From Carcharhinus amblyrhynchos (lineage: Eukaryota), in contig OZ336890.1 in the NCBI GenBank assembly GCA_965287045.1, positions 26,350,001 to 26,414,000 on the forward strand: a stretch of DNA of 64,000 bases. Direction: 5' to 3'. The translations under genes and the position numbers were made by a program. Of the stretch, positions 1 to 11,830 are shown piece after piece. The notes under the pieces were generated by a model. It worked only from the letters and a program-made list of their open reading frames with translations. It did no database searches and was not told the origin of the DNA. Within the stretch, counting starts at the first letter, position 1, and every line of letters starts with the position of its first letter.

Positions 1-1149
1 GTTCAACAATCAGCATTGTCTACTCCCCAGAAACAGAAAATTAAAAGCCCAGATTAAGTCTAATAAAAATGTGTTTTTCACATAGTTACAGCAGCCCCTC
101 ATTAACCCTTTTGTTATCAAATTTCCAGAGGCTGGTTCGAGCCTAAACAGCATCTGTGACTGCACTGAACTGTACTGTGAATGATATTTGTAATCTGGCT
201 GGAGACACTTCACTTGCCACCGATGCACCATGCAGATGTTGTTCCAAATTCCCAATAGGCGTTAAAAACATGCATATTTAAACTTTTAATTTCAAAGTTT
301 ACAGGGGTTCAAAATTAAATGGTTTAATAATGTCAGAAGAATAGTTTGGCAATTCTAACTTGTGCCATGAATATTTGCGCAGCTATCTTGAAGACAATTG
401 ACGCAGGATTTTATTCAACATAAAAATAATCAGTGCACGAACACAGTTTGACAATGAGGAACATCGTCCAGCATGCAGGAGTACACTCTGCTGTAACGGG
501 GCAAGCATCTTTTCTTAACTAGAACGGCACTTTTTTCCCAAGTGACTTAAGAGCAAATGGGGAGGAGGACTCTTAAAACAGTTTTCCAGGTGCTATCTCA
601 CTATCATCAGGTGCTTATCGTTTGTTACTTCTGAGAGTGATTGCTTGAGTGAGGAAGGGTGCGCGAGAGCAAGATAAATGAAAGTTGCACACAGAGGCAC
701 AAGTAGGTGAAGGATTAGATTCCTTGTGCTTTACTTTGTTTATGTTGGTAATTCCAAAATAAAATTTACAGAGAGATTCATCTATGAAGTGTGAACAGCA
801 GTTATTTATTCTCCAAGAGAAAAATGAAGAACATTTGCTTCATTGTGTTGGACAGATGACATAAAATTTTATTTCCAAATTCTTCAACAGAAGATGTGCT
901 CTTCCAACTTACTTTCACACCCCAAAAGCCACTGCCATGCAAGCATAACCTCCGACTCATCATGCTTGCTATCACAGGGAAAACCACAAGCAGATATAAG
1001 AATGCTGTGCATGACATGATACAACAAGCATCACACGCTTAGGGTCCAATTCTTACACGCAGATAATCAGTTTGGCCAAATTTTGTCTTATCAGAACAGA
1101 AATGAATCACATTTTTAAAGGGAGGGGAAGAATGAAATCCAAAAAAAGA

Positions 1150-1326
1150 AATGAGCAACAGAAACAGAAAATGCTGCAAAATCTTAGCAGGTCTGATAGC
1201 ATCTGTGGACAGAGAACAGAGCCAACGTTTCAAGTCAGGATGACCCTTTGACAGAGCCCCTGCTCTATTCTCCAGCATTTTCTGCTTTTGTTTCAGATTC
1301 TAATATCCGCAGGATTTTGCTTTTGT
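1150..1326. mobile_element. Penelope-type pLTR-derived inverted element with degenerate hammerhead motif
   Basis: Inverted ends (acagaaaatgctg ... cagcattttctg). The minus strand reads ctgtcaa-a-gggtca-tcc-tgactt-gaaa-cgtt, a decayed CUGANGA/stem II/GAAA arrangement typical of Penelope pLTRs. Confidence 0.6.
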
Positions 1327-1576
1327 AAAAGAAACGAGCAGTTAACAACTTGAGAAAAGGGTAACTGAATCAAATTGTTCAGAAAAGATTATATTCTCTG
1401 CATTTGTAATGTCTGTAGCTCTGTTTATCATCAAGTAATCGTGCCCAGACCCATGCAGTTTCATGCCTCCATTTTAAAATGTTTTATATTCAGCAAGAAA
1501 GCTCATTCCTGAGGCATTGCTTGGAGTGGACCTTTGTACATCCTACCACGTCCAATATCAAACTGCTTGGAATGCA

Positions 1577-2586
1577 GGGCAGAATTTTTCATTCCGGAGA
1601 CTAAGTATGGTGGCAGGTGGGATTAGCATCACCAGGTGCCCCTTCACCTCAGGGAGTAAAGGCTGGGACCCTCGGGCACCAATGGGGAGGTCTACCATCA
1701 TCTGGACACTCTGCAATTCCTTCTGCCTGTGACCCCACCACCTCCAGCTGCACAGGCTGAGGAGGGTGCACATGCCTCAAAGCAGGAGACCCAAATGAGG
1801 CCAGGGTCATCCAGACCTCAGCCCTCCAGAGGACACCCACCAAAGTAATGAAAAACAGCCGCACAGTAGTGAACACCTCTGCCACAGATGTTGGGGATCC
1901 ACCAAGATCTAATGATAGGGTTAGAAAGATTAAGAAACTTTTGGGTCAATGGTGTTCACTCACTATATCATGGACTTTCATAGATACATCTGCTGTCGTA
2001 ACAATAGTCTCGTCATTGGAAAACGTTGTGCAAATGTGTTTCATACTGATGCAAAATTGTGACATAATTGTCCCCACCCGCTCACCAATGACACAATGGG
2101 AATCCCAATGTTCACCATTGGGAACATCATTATAATATACTTACGCATTGTCAGACTTCTACACCTGAATCCACTGACCCCTCGCCCACTAAAAAAAAAA
2201 TCAACTCATATTGATGTAAAGGCAGACAAGCAAGAATTACAACTGGCCTCCCACGGTGTACACCAGACAGGCAGATGCCCCAGGGAAGCTCAGGTAAGCG
2301 TATCACTCAGAGGAGGGATACAATTCATACCCAGGCAACCCTACATGGCATGGGGTGGGGGTGAACTTTTGTGCACTGGCTCAGCCTCTAAAAATGGTGG
2401 CCCAATTACTAAAATAAACTGGCAGGATGGGCTCAGTCCAAGCCCGCCCTGCCTGCGTGATGTCATGGGACCCACCCTTGAAGTTTTTTTCTTTGTTCTC
2501 AGCAATGCAGCATAGAAAGCCATCAGTGCCAATGCTGCTTTTCCCACCTGCTGTCACACTCTGCCGAATAAGGGAAAATTCCACCC
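1577..2586 (+). mobile_element. Non-autonomous PIF/Harbinger relic
   Basis: TIR-like ends gggcagaatttttc / ggaaaattccaccc. The interior encodes a remnant (…TSATDVGDPPRSNDRVRKIKK) resembling the C-terminus of the Myb/SANT ORF relics at 18.5 kb and 56.0 kb. Confidence 0.55.
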
Positions 2587-3294
2587 TGGCTTTTCACATT
2601 GAGAACTCACACCCTCATTAAATATTTGGTAAAGAGCTGAACCTCCTGCCCACCCCTCTCTATCCCCATTGCATGCAGAAGTGTGTAAATCTGCTGTTGA
2701 TTTACCTGCAGTGGATAAAAAGAAAGATATTTTCCGGGTGTTGAGTAAAAAGCACTTTCACTTGTGTTGCTAGAGAATTTCACCACTCTTCTCATCTAGC
2801 ACCCCTCCTTTTTGTAAATAGCTTGATCTCTGGTGCACTATGAACAATGCAATAGGAGAGTATGTGTAAAACTGCACGTTGTATCGATCAGACAAGTGAT
2901 ATTGGAAGACTGTAATCAATATATTGTGTAATGACTAGAATAAAAATATCAAAAAGGCATTTATTGAATTATTGAAAAATTGACACTGAAGTTCCTATAG
3001 ATTCAGACAAACAGACTATATATATATATGCAAATAATGTTGTATATAGTACCTTTACTGCAGATAAGAAAAACTAAGGCATTTCACAGAAGCATAAGTA
3101 AGGAACATTGAGGCAAACAAGATAATGGACAAACACTGTATTAAAAAAAAGGCAAAAAATAAGAAAGGCAACTGATTTAGGAACAAATTAGGAAAACATT
3201 TTCTCTCAGTAGAAAAAAAAAACTTTTTGTACCACCTAGGAAAATGATTACTTAACTCCTTCAGCTTTTTCTGCCAAGAGTTCCCAAGATGCTT

Positions 3295-3650
3295 CATAAA
3301 GGGAAGCATTTAGGGAGGAATCTCGAGAGATGCTGCCTAGATAGTTGAAGGTACGGAGCGAATAATGGGTGAAGTGAGTAGGATGAACAAGAGGCCAGAA
3401 TCAATGAAACAGAGTTATGTTTCAAGGGTCGTAATGGACTGGACAGACTGCAGAAGGTTACAGACAGAGGGAGGAAAAAGACTATAATGAATTTAAACAC
3501 GAGTATGAGAATTTTTCATTGGGGTACAGAGATCCCTGGATATAAGTGAGAAAATTAGTGAATGGGATGTAGTGAGCGATACAAAACTGGCAGCAGAATT
3601 TGGGAAGAATATACAAGTGTGAAATCAGTGTGGTAGTGTGAGCTCAGGAG
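3295..3650 (-). mobile_element. Old L2-like LINE fragment
   Basis: Purine-rich stretch (…tttagggaggaatc…gaggccagaatc…gaaggttacagacagaggga…atttaaacacgag) resembling the antisense strand of L2-clade 3' regions; highly diverged. Confidence 0.45.
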
Positions 3651-3656
3651 TATTTA

Positions 3657-3742
3657 GAACTATAGAATCCCTGCAGTGCAATTCAGAGAGTCAGTGCATT
3701 GAGTCTGCACTGACTCTCCGAAAGTGCATCTTATCCTCAAGG
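3657..3742 (-). mobile_element. V-SINE/CR1 3' tail fragment
   Basis: tagaatccctgcagtgca…gagtctgcactgactctccgaaag matches the reverse complement of the tails of the SINE copies at 43.3 and 48.9 kb. Confidence 0.55.
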
Positions 3743-5772
3743 CTAAAAGCACTATTGACATTATCTTTGCAGGAAATATGCACTTTAAACCACAAAACAA
3801 AATACTCCCCTGTTTCTTTTAGTATACCCAAAAACAATTCATAGATCGACTTTACACTGCTTGTTAAGTAGACATTAGTTCTCCTGGAACCAGTCTAAGG
3901 TGATTCTGAGCTCTCAAGGATTTACTTCTGTTCTTTACCTTGTTCAATCCTGGAAATTTTTAATCTCAGAACTATCTTCCACACTAAAGTTTTTCCCCTA
4001 GAAATTTCTACTCTAATCTAAGCTAGGAAAGTCTTCTAGCCATATTTCAGCACTGCATGAAGTTGTTCTTTTCAATCAAAGTATGAGCAATGCGAATCAT
4101 ATGGGCCTTGTATCCAGGTAGATATGATGATTAGCTATCCTTGTAATCCCTAAGTAGACAGCTTAAAGCACAACTTTTTTTTCCAACCTGGCATTCTCAC
4201 CATTTTTGGGGGATTTTGAACATTCACAGTCAATTGACTTTTAGCACACCGGCTACCGCTCTGGTCTCCTAGTGTAAACACCTTGCACCTCCTTCTCAGT
4301 AAAACAATCTGAGCCCCCTTTAATCGCAAATAATCAAAGCACCCAGGCTTTCTCTCAGAAATACTTCAGAACTGGTTACATGACCCCTTCATTCTATCTT
4401 AAACAAAATGCACAATCCTAAATGACAATAATCTTTAAAAAACCTCAGAGCATGAGTTTAACAAAACTAAAATTTAATTAAATTCCATAATCACGTGAGA
4501 AAAAAGTTTAACTTATTTGACCATACACCTGATGTAAATTGATGGAAATACAGCCAAAACTTAATGTTTACCCATAACTTTCCGAAGGATTTGCAAACCA
4601 ACAGATGACCTTCCCCACAGTTCCACTGTCTGCTTTTAAAAATCACTGTTCGCAGATTGTAGTAAAATCAATATTAGAAAAGAAGCGTCTCTCAACTTCT
4701 TTTAATATGAACTGAACTCAGGTAGGCTTTATGTGCATGTCAAAGTGGTTCTTCTTTAACATTATTCAGCATCTTTCAATTAATCTGTATTATCTAGGAG
4801 AAAAGTTTTTGATTGGATTAAGGGATTTAAAATAATGTAGCCTTGTAGTATATATTTCCAATGAAATTGAACAACCGCTGTCATATTTGCTACACCAGAA
4901 GTCTCAGTGGAACTGAGGTATTAAATATAGACCTGCCTGGTGCAAATAGATACAGCTTTTAGCATGACAGGGACAGGTTATTCTTCTGCACAAGGTGCAT
5001 CCCACATTTTGTTAATATTGTACAGAATCATTTTCAATATTTGTAACACTCAAGGTTGAGAGGCACCAGTTAATCCGATTACTTCATTTGGTGGTTGGAT
5101 AATCCCCTCTCTCATGGGCTCACACCAGTCTACGAGGACATAAGCAGCCCCACTAGCTCAGATTTTCATTGTTAGTGTACAAGGAAAGGCATGTAGCTGA
5201 AAGCAGCTGTAAGCTGCATGGTTGGCTGCCTGACACAAGCCTTAATATGTTGCAATAGATCCAGCAAAAGGGCCCTCAGTTCTTTACAGCCTTTAACACA
5301 GTGATAAAGGGACTTGCCAACTGTAACAGACCATTTGACAGGACTTGGGCAGGGAATTGGGATTCAGACACGGGCAGCTTGCATATAGGGTGCCAGGAAC
5401 TTACAAGATGGGGAAAGAATTGGCTTCAGTACTTTGGAATCTGAAACAAAGATGAGAGTTATTCAAAGTGTGTGCTGTTGTGTGGACAGGAGGGGAATGG
5501 AGAAACATAAGATCTTAAAATAATACAAGGTGCTTTGTGTTTTTGTGTCTGTGAACATCAACAGGATGTTTAGAACATTCATGTTTTCATCTGTGCATAT
5601 AGGAGTTTAACTGTTGATCAAAATGGTGGAGGTTCAATATCGCAGTATGTTACAGAACAGAAGGTAATGTTCAATTTTATAGAAGGTTGTTTTTATGAGA
5701 AATGACTCGTAATTATAACTGCTGGAGAGAATCATCATCTTCCGGGTTTCACCTACATGTACAATCTAAGCT

Positions 5773-6048
5773 GTTAAGTTATTTCTGATAACCCCCACGA
5801 TGTCTATGGTGAATCACTGATCAATTTCTCTATAGGGCTTGTTGAGTATGAGTTATCCTGGTAACAGGCAGTGGCTTGCCCAGCTGCGACTCATTACTAC
5901 CTGACCCTTTTATAAGGCAGACCCAGGACTGGGCCTGCTGAACTATGGACCCAAGCAGGGACTAGTGTGTGTACACCACATAGTGGTTTTACTTTGCATT
6001 CTGTAATAAAATATGTACCTTTCCAGTTGAGCTTCATGAGTCATTACA
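5773..6048 (+). mobile_element. Candidate solo LTR
   Basis: TG start, TATAA at ~5911, AATAAA at ~6005, ends …cattaCA; no target-site duplication seen. Confidence 0.3.
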
Positions 6049-6165
6049 CCATTCAACTTCTATTTATCTGAGCTGGAAGTTTAGTTCTCCCTATTCCTCC
6101 ATTTCCATTTCTTTTTTCTTTCATTAGTTGAACCCCCACTTCTCTCTTCTTAAGTTGCTAATTAA

Positions 6166-6599
6166 GATGTGGAGATGCCAGCGTTGGACTAGGGTGGGCA
6201 CAGGAAGAAGTCTCACATCACCAGGTTAAAGTCCAATAGGTTTATTTGGAATCACAAGCTTTTGGTGAACTGCTCCTTCATCAAGTGAGAGGAGAGTTAG
6301 GTTCATAAATACGGCATATATAGACAAAGACACAATTGCAACATAATTACAGATTGGAATGTGAAGATTGGTTGGAATGCAAACTTTTACAGGCAATCAA
6401 GTCTTCACAGGTACAAACAGTGCAAATGGAGAGGGGGATAATAACAGTTTAAAGAAATGTGAATTGTTTCAATCCACGACAGTCCATAGGATATTGAAAA
6501 TCCAGTATGGTAGGGGTTACATGTAGAGTGACATGAGTCCAAGAATCCAATTGAGGCCTCGTTGTGCGTGCGGAACTTGGCTATCAGTTTTCGCTCGGC
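6166..6599 (-). mobile_element. Penelope-like element 3' end (GIY-YIG C-terminus plus pLTR)
   Basis: The minus strand from 6599 encodes AERKLIAKFRTH…GLN…LGLMSLYM* (frameshifted), like Penelope EQKLIAKFRTHEDGLNRDLGFMSHY. It is followed by a pLTR (tcac-ttgatga-aggagcag…aaaagcttgtgattccaaataaacc…). Confidence 0.8.
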
Positions 6600-8124
6600 T
6601 GATTAAAACATACCTTTGTGACTGAGCTTTTGGCACCTGTCCATATATCTCCCTACACGTCAAATTAGATCTGGTAGCACTCCTGCAAGTCGTCCCAGGA
6701 CATTTTACAACAGTAAAGGCACCAGGTAAATGACAGCAAATCTGTTGTATCCACAACCTTGAACATTAAGAAGCAGTATGAAATGTGGGAGAATGAACTT
6801 CCCTTAAACCAGCTATCAGAATCCTAAACAGATGTGGTTTTTATTCATTGCTTATGTAGGGAGCAAACCTACAATGGCAGCAGACCATGCTCTCTCTCAG
6901 TAAAGAAAAACTTCAGCCCCCAACTTCATATTCCATGTTTACCAATTTTTCTTTTTGTTTATGAACAGTCAGCAGCCAGTTACTCAATTCGAGCTGAGTG
7001 CATCAGTGATTCCGGCTGGTCTTTGTTGTGTGAAGGACAAGATCACATCATGACCAATGTCATACATGAGAACAAGCTGGCCGACTGTGGCGTAGCATTC
7101 ACTAAACCAAACAGCTCTTGCTGCTCCAAGAATTCTAACCAGAGCAGCAACCCCTCAGGCACAAACTGCTTACTAATCCCAAAATGTAACTATCTCTGTG
7201 TTCAATCGACATCAAACCGGGATTTTAATGTAAGCGCTGCAGATTATTAGGTAGTTAATGAATTTGGAAATGGGTGCCTGTTGAGGGCAATGCAACAGGG
7301 CTCAAAAATATCTTCCCTAAAACACCGGAGCTGGTTACTTTCCGAGCTTTGGTGATGCAGGAAGATAAGTCAGCTCTCTGGTTTACAAGTGATGTGAACG
7401 TGTTTTATCTGTTGATGTATTATACTGAATTAGCAGGTGTATATTACAAACCAGCGATGATTCAACCAGTTTATAAGACACCTGAATCCCAGCACCTCTC
7501 AACCTTGAGAGAGCCATCCTGAACAGTTACTTTAAACAATACTTCAATCGTTTGTTCGGAAAGTTGCGTATAGGTTTGATAGTTGCAGTCATTTCTGCCC
7601 TTGTAGTTTTCTATTAGTTCTGCAATGTGATTGCAGCAATGGTTGAGTACGTACATCTTTTTCTGTTGTGTGTTGTTTGTCACACATTTTAACTGTTCTG
7701 CAGCCGTAGCAGGATTAAGGAAAATTTTAAGTGGTATAATGTGCAATATTATTTTGTTTGAAGTTTTATAAAATGGGGCAGAAGTGTGGCCATTTCCCAG
7801 GATAATATTGTATTAAAATGATAATGGGGTCAATGGCAAGAGAGGGGACAGGGGCAGCACCATCTAAGTGAGTGAGACAGACACTGCTGCATGCCCTCGC
7901 CCCCACAGATATGAATGTGCTGGCCAGCTTTGGAGCCACCACAATAAAGGCCATGGCACTAACTGGGCTGATACCGCAGTACGTTCCAACCTATTCGACC
8001 CTTTCAAATCCCACTTCCCCTGCATCACACAATCGTTTATGATTTACTACTGCTGGTGGTGTAAATGTGCAACACTAACCGTCAACCCACCCAGCACCCC
8101 CTCCTCCCACAACCTTTTTTAAAA

Positions 8125-8368
8125 ATTCATTTTACGGCATGTCGGCTTCGCTGGCTGGGTCAGCATTTATTGGCCGTCCCCAACAGCCCTCCATTTCGGA
8201 GGGCATTTGAGAATCAACAACATTGCTACAAGTCTGGAGTCACGTTTTGGACCAAACCAGGTAAGGACGGCAGTTTTCCTTTGCTAAAGGACATTAGTGA
8301 AATAGATGGGTTTGTACAATAAGTGACAATGGGTTCATGGTCATCTTTAGACTTTTAATTCCAGATTT
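8125..8368 (-). mobile_element. tRNA-derived SINE (second family), 5'-truncated
   Basis: The reverse complement matches the body of the SINE at 45064-45380 (…tgaccatgaa…ttcactaatgtccttta…ctgccgtccttacctgg…). Confidence 0.7.
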
Positions 8369-8370
8369 GC

Positions 8371-9240
8371 AACCAGCATACTTAAGGACCCCACACTCCC
8401 TGGACATACTCTCTTTCACCTTCTTCCGTCGGGAATAAGGTACTAAACATAAGAACATAAGAACATAAGAAATAGGAGCAGGAGTAGGCCATCTGGCCCT
8501 TCGAGCCTGCCCCGCCATTCAATAAGATCATGGCTGATCTGTCGTGGCTCAGTTCCACTTTCCCGCCCTCTCCCCATAACCCTTAATCCCCTCTCTTATC
8601 AAAAACCCATCAACCCGCTTCTTAAAAATATTTAGCGAGGCAGCCTCCACCACTTCAACGGGCAGAGAATTCCAGAGATTCACCACCCTTTGAGTGAAGA
8701 AGTTCCTCCTCAACTCCGTTCTGAACCGCCCCCCCTTTATCTTGAGGCTGTGCCCCCTAGTCCTACTGTCTTTTTTGAGCGGGAAGAGTCTTTCCACCTC
8801 TATCCTATCCATCCCATTCATCATCTTATACGTCTCAATGAGATCTCCCCTCATTCTTCTAAACTCTAACGAGTACAAGCCTAGTTTATTCAGCCTCTCC
8901 TCATAGCTCAACCCCCTCAACTCCGGTATCAGCCTAGTAAACCTCCTCTGCACTCCCTCCAGGGCCAAAATATCCTTGCGCAGGTGCGGCGCCCAAAACT
9001 GCACAGTTTGAGGTCACGTATTAACTGACTCAAAAACAGCTTCTTCTCTGCTGCCATCAGACTTTTGAATGGACCTACCTTGCATTAAGTTGATCTTTGT
9101 CTACCCTAACTGTAACACTACATTCTCCACTCACTCTCTTTTCCTTCTCTATGTATGGTATGCTTTGTCTGCAGAGCATGCAAGAAACAATGCTTTCCAC
9201 TGTACACTAATACATGTGACAGTAATAAATCAAATCAAAT
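8371..9240 (+). mobile_element. Rex1/Babar LINE 3' fragment, split by a CR1 insertion (8371-8443 and 9005-9240)
   Basis: Translates KDPTLPGHTLFHLLPSGIRY | SLRSRIN*LKNSFFSAAIRLLNG (Rex1 RT C-terminus); ends …catgtgacagtaataaatcaaatcaaat. Confidence 0.8.
8446..9004 (-). mobile_element. Young 5'-truncated CR1 LINE (ORF2 C-terminus, 3'UTR, TTCTTATG tail)
   Basis: Uninterrupted 151-aa ORF (QFWAPHLRKDILALEGVQRRFTRLIP…[15 protein letters not shown]…TRGHSLK…FFTQRVVNLWNSLP) with a terminal (aagaacat)n microsatellite on the plus strand. Confidence 0.92.
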
Positions 9241-9476
9241 GGAGAAATCTTGCAAACTGACAATGCAGCAACAGCTAATGGCTAATGTCTCAACTTCCAC
9301 TGCAGCACAAATAGAGGCCACTCGATCTCTGAATGAAAGTTCTGACTGTGGTCATGAAATTTCAGCTCGTCACCATGTGGCCGAGACTACTGACAGCAGG
9401 TTTGCAGACACCAATGCTGAAAAGTGCTGTTTTAGGTCTCACTACAGCCCAACAATCAGCTCCAGCAGTTTAGATA

Positions 9477-9787
9477 ATCATAGAAATCTTACAGTGCAGA
9501 AGGAGGCCATTCGGCCCATCGAGTCTGCACCGACCACAATCCCACCCAGGCCCTACATATTTTACCTATGCATCTCACGACTCTAAGGGGCAAGTTTTAG
9601 CACGGCCAATCAACCTAACCCACACATCTTCGGCCAGTGGGAGGAAACCGGAGCACCTGGAGGAAACCCACGCAGACACGACGAGAACGTGCAAACTTTA
9701 CACAGACAGTGATCCAAGCCGGGAATCGAACCCAGGTCCCTGGAGCTGTGAAGCAGGAGTGCTAACCACTGTGCTACCGTGCCACCC
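9477..9787 (-). mobile_element. HE1-like V-SINE with CR1 tail
   Basis: tRNA-like head (tagcacagtggttagcac; B box ggttcgattcc), V-domain tgcgtgggtttcctccaggtgctccggtttcctccc, and CR1-type tail gatgggccgaatggcctccttctgcactgta. Confidence 0.9.
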
Positions 9788-11654
9788 AGTTTACTAGGAT
9801 TGCCAAGTAATTGCCCCTGGGGAATGGCACTGCTTCTGTGAATCACAAACCTGCTGCCCTCTCAGGATGACAGCATTTGCCCACCTATGAGGGCTGCTGC
9901 TCATCTAACCCTTGAAGTCAGAGCTATATGCAACATCATCCCTGTTATGCAACTACCCTACAAACCACTCAGCATTTCTACAAACTCGAACAGAGCCAAT
10001 ATAAGCTAAACAGCAGCTAACCCAAGAGTGGTTGATGATCCCTTTAAATAGCACCTAGTGGGTGGTTCTATCCTACCTGCTGAAAGCTGGTTCTACGCAT
10101 TTAAGAGAAAGTGTCATCTAAACCGTTGGGGTCATAAACAGAAATGTTGTCAGTTAGAGCTACAGGCTGATTGATGTCGCTACCTACCAACTCTGAATTT
10201 ATCTGTAGGATACATTCCTAATGCTTGCACTAACACTCTCAACATGGTGGCACATTATGGATCATACCGGAAATGTGCATTTTGGTACAAAATGGCATCC
10301 TTGGAGCCTAAACAAGAGGCACCAACTTTGCTGCCAAAAAATAAATTTTATTGAGAGTTAAAATAAAGACTAAATGGATACAGGGCAGAATGGTGCATTT
10401 CCATCTGTGTGCCCCCCCCCCCCCCAACCCCCAAGTTGGACGAAGGGAATTTCTTTTGAGTTGCAAATCTTCTGCGTGAAATGAGACTCATTCTAACTCC
10501 CGGTGGACATAGACCCACAAGAGGTGTAATCCTAAACTGACATACTTGACTGGAAAAATCAAAAGAATGGCTGGAGGTGAGAAGTGAAGATATTCACGCC
10601 GGTGCAGTTGTGCGTGCTTTCTGAAGTCTGGGGTTGTGCACAGCAGAGGCAACCTTCTCTCAGCACTTTGGCTCTTTTTCGCCAGACATGCTAGCTCTCA
10701 ATGCTAACAATGATGTTTTCAACCAAGTATTAAACCATTCTGTTCCTGAACACAGGTGCCTTCACCTTAAGGCGAGTACAGAAAAAAAGGCCGTGTGAAG
10801 TGATGGGGCCAAATCTCTCACTGCAGCCAGCCAATTACGATGCTTCCTACCTCCTTCAGCTTGGAAATTGTTTAGTCCATAAATCAAGCAGCTAGTTCTG
10901 GAGATTTACAAGTCACGCTGCACTTTTTCATTCTTTGAAATTGCTGGTCTGTTTGAGTATTCACAGCAGCATGTCTGGTTAACTCACCACTATTTTCCCA
11001 CAACAAGCTTGGACCCAATAAATGGCACAAAAACTAACGTGATCATGAAAGAATTGAGAGAACATCCACACCCAACATTGCGCAGTAATTATTTTTTGTG
11101 GTACTTTTCCTAGTAACTTTTTTTTAAGTTTTCTGATGCGAGGTTTATTAAAGTCTTTGGCCAATATTCAAGTTTGGCACATTACCCATATAACAGGATG
11201 TGCTCCTGATTCTGGCTGATCTGCTGTCTTCAGGGTTATTAATGTAATTTTGGCAGTTTCCTTGGCCTGGGAACTCTGCCTGGAGTTCGAGGCTGAACTT
11301 TGCTGTGTTAGGTTCCAGAGGCTAGTCACGCCACTGCATACAGCTGCTGAGCAGCCTGTAAAATACAACGTTTAAAACAAAAATCAAAAGCAATCCACTT
11401 CCTTTTTCTTTCCCCCACTGGATTTTCACACTTCAACTAGTCTCCTCCACTGCCATAGCAACACTGGATTCCAGGGATGAGCAGGCACCCCTTGTGTCCA
11501 TTGTTGCTATGACGCAAGTGACAGAAATGTCATACTCGATCATTCGCATGCACTTACGTTATGCCTGGGTTTAAATAAGCTTATTATACACCATCCATCC
11601 CTCCTGGGTGAAATCAGCTGAACATTAAAAATGCCCGGGAACCCATCATCCAAA

Positions 11655-11830
11655 CCCAGAACAAAGAAAATTACAACACAGGAACAGACCCTTCAGCCCT
11701 CCAAGCCTACACCGACCATGCTGCCCAACTGAACTAAACCCCATCCCCCCACCCCACCCTCCCCAATCCTTCTGGGGGCCCTATCCATGTATTTGTCCAG
11801 AAGCCCCTTAAAACTCACCATCATATCTAG
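11655..11830 (-). mobile_element. CR1 3' fragment
   Basis: The reverse complement ends catggtcggtgtaggcttggagggctgaagggtctgttcctgtgttgta…ttctttgttc; same subfamily as 29410-29532. Confidence 0.7.

Noticed and set aside
4500-4730. Possible minus-strand exon
   Set aside because: Stops in all three frames and poor splice sites.
9700-9787. tRNA-like A/B boxes here and at other SINE heads
   Set aside because: They are SINE heads continuous with V-domains, not cloverleaf tRNA genes.
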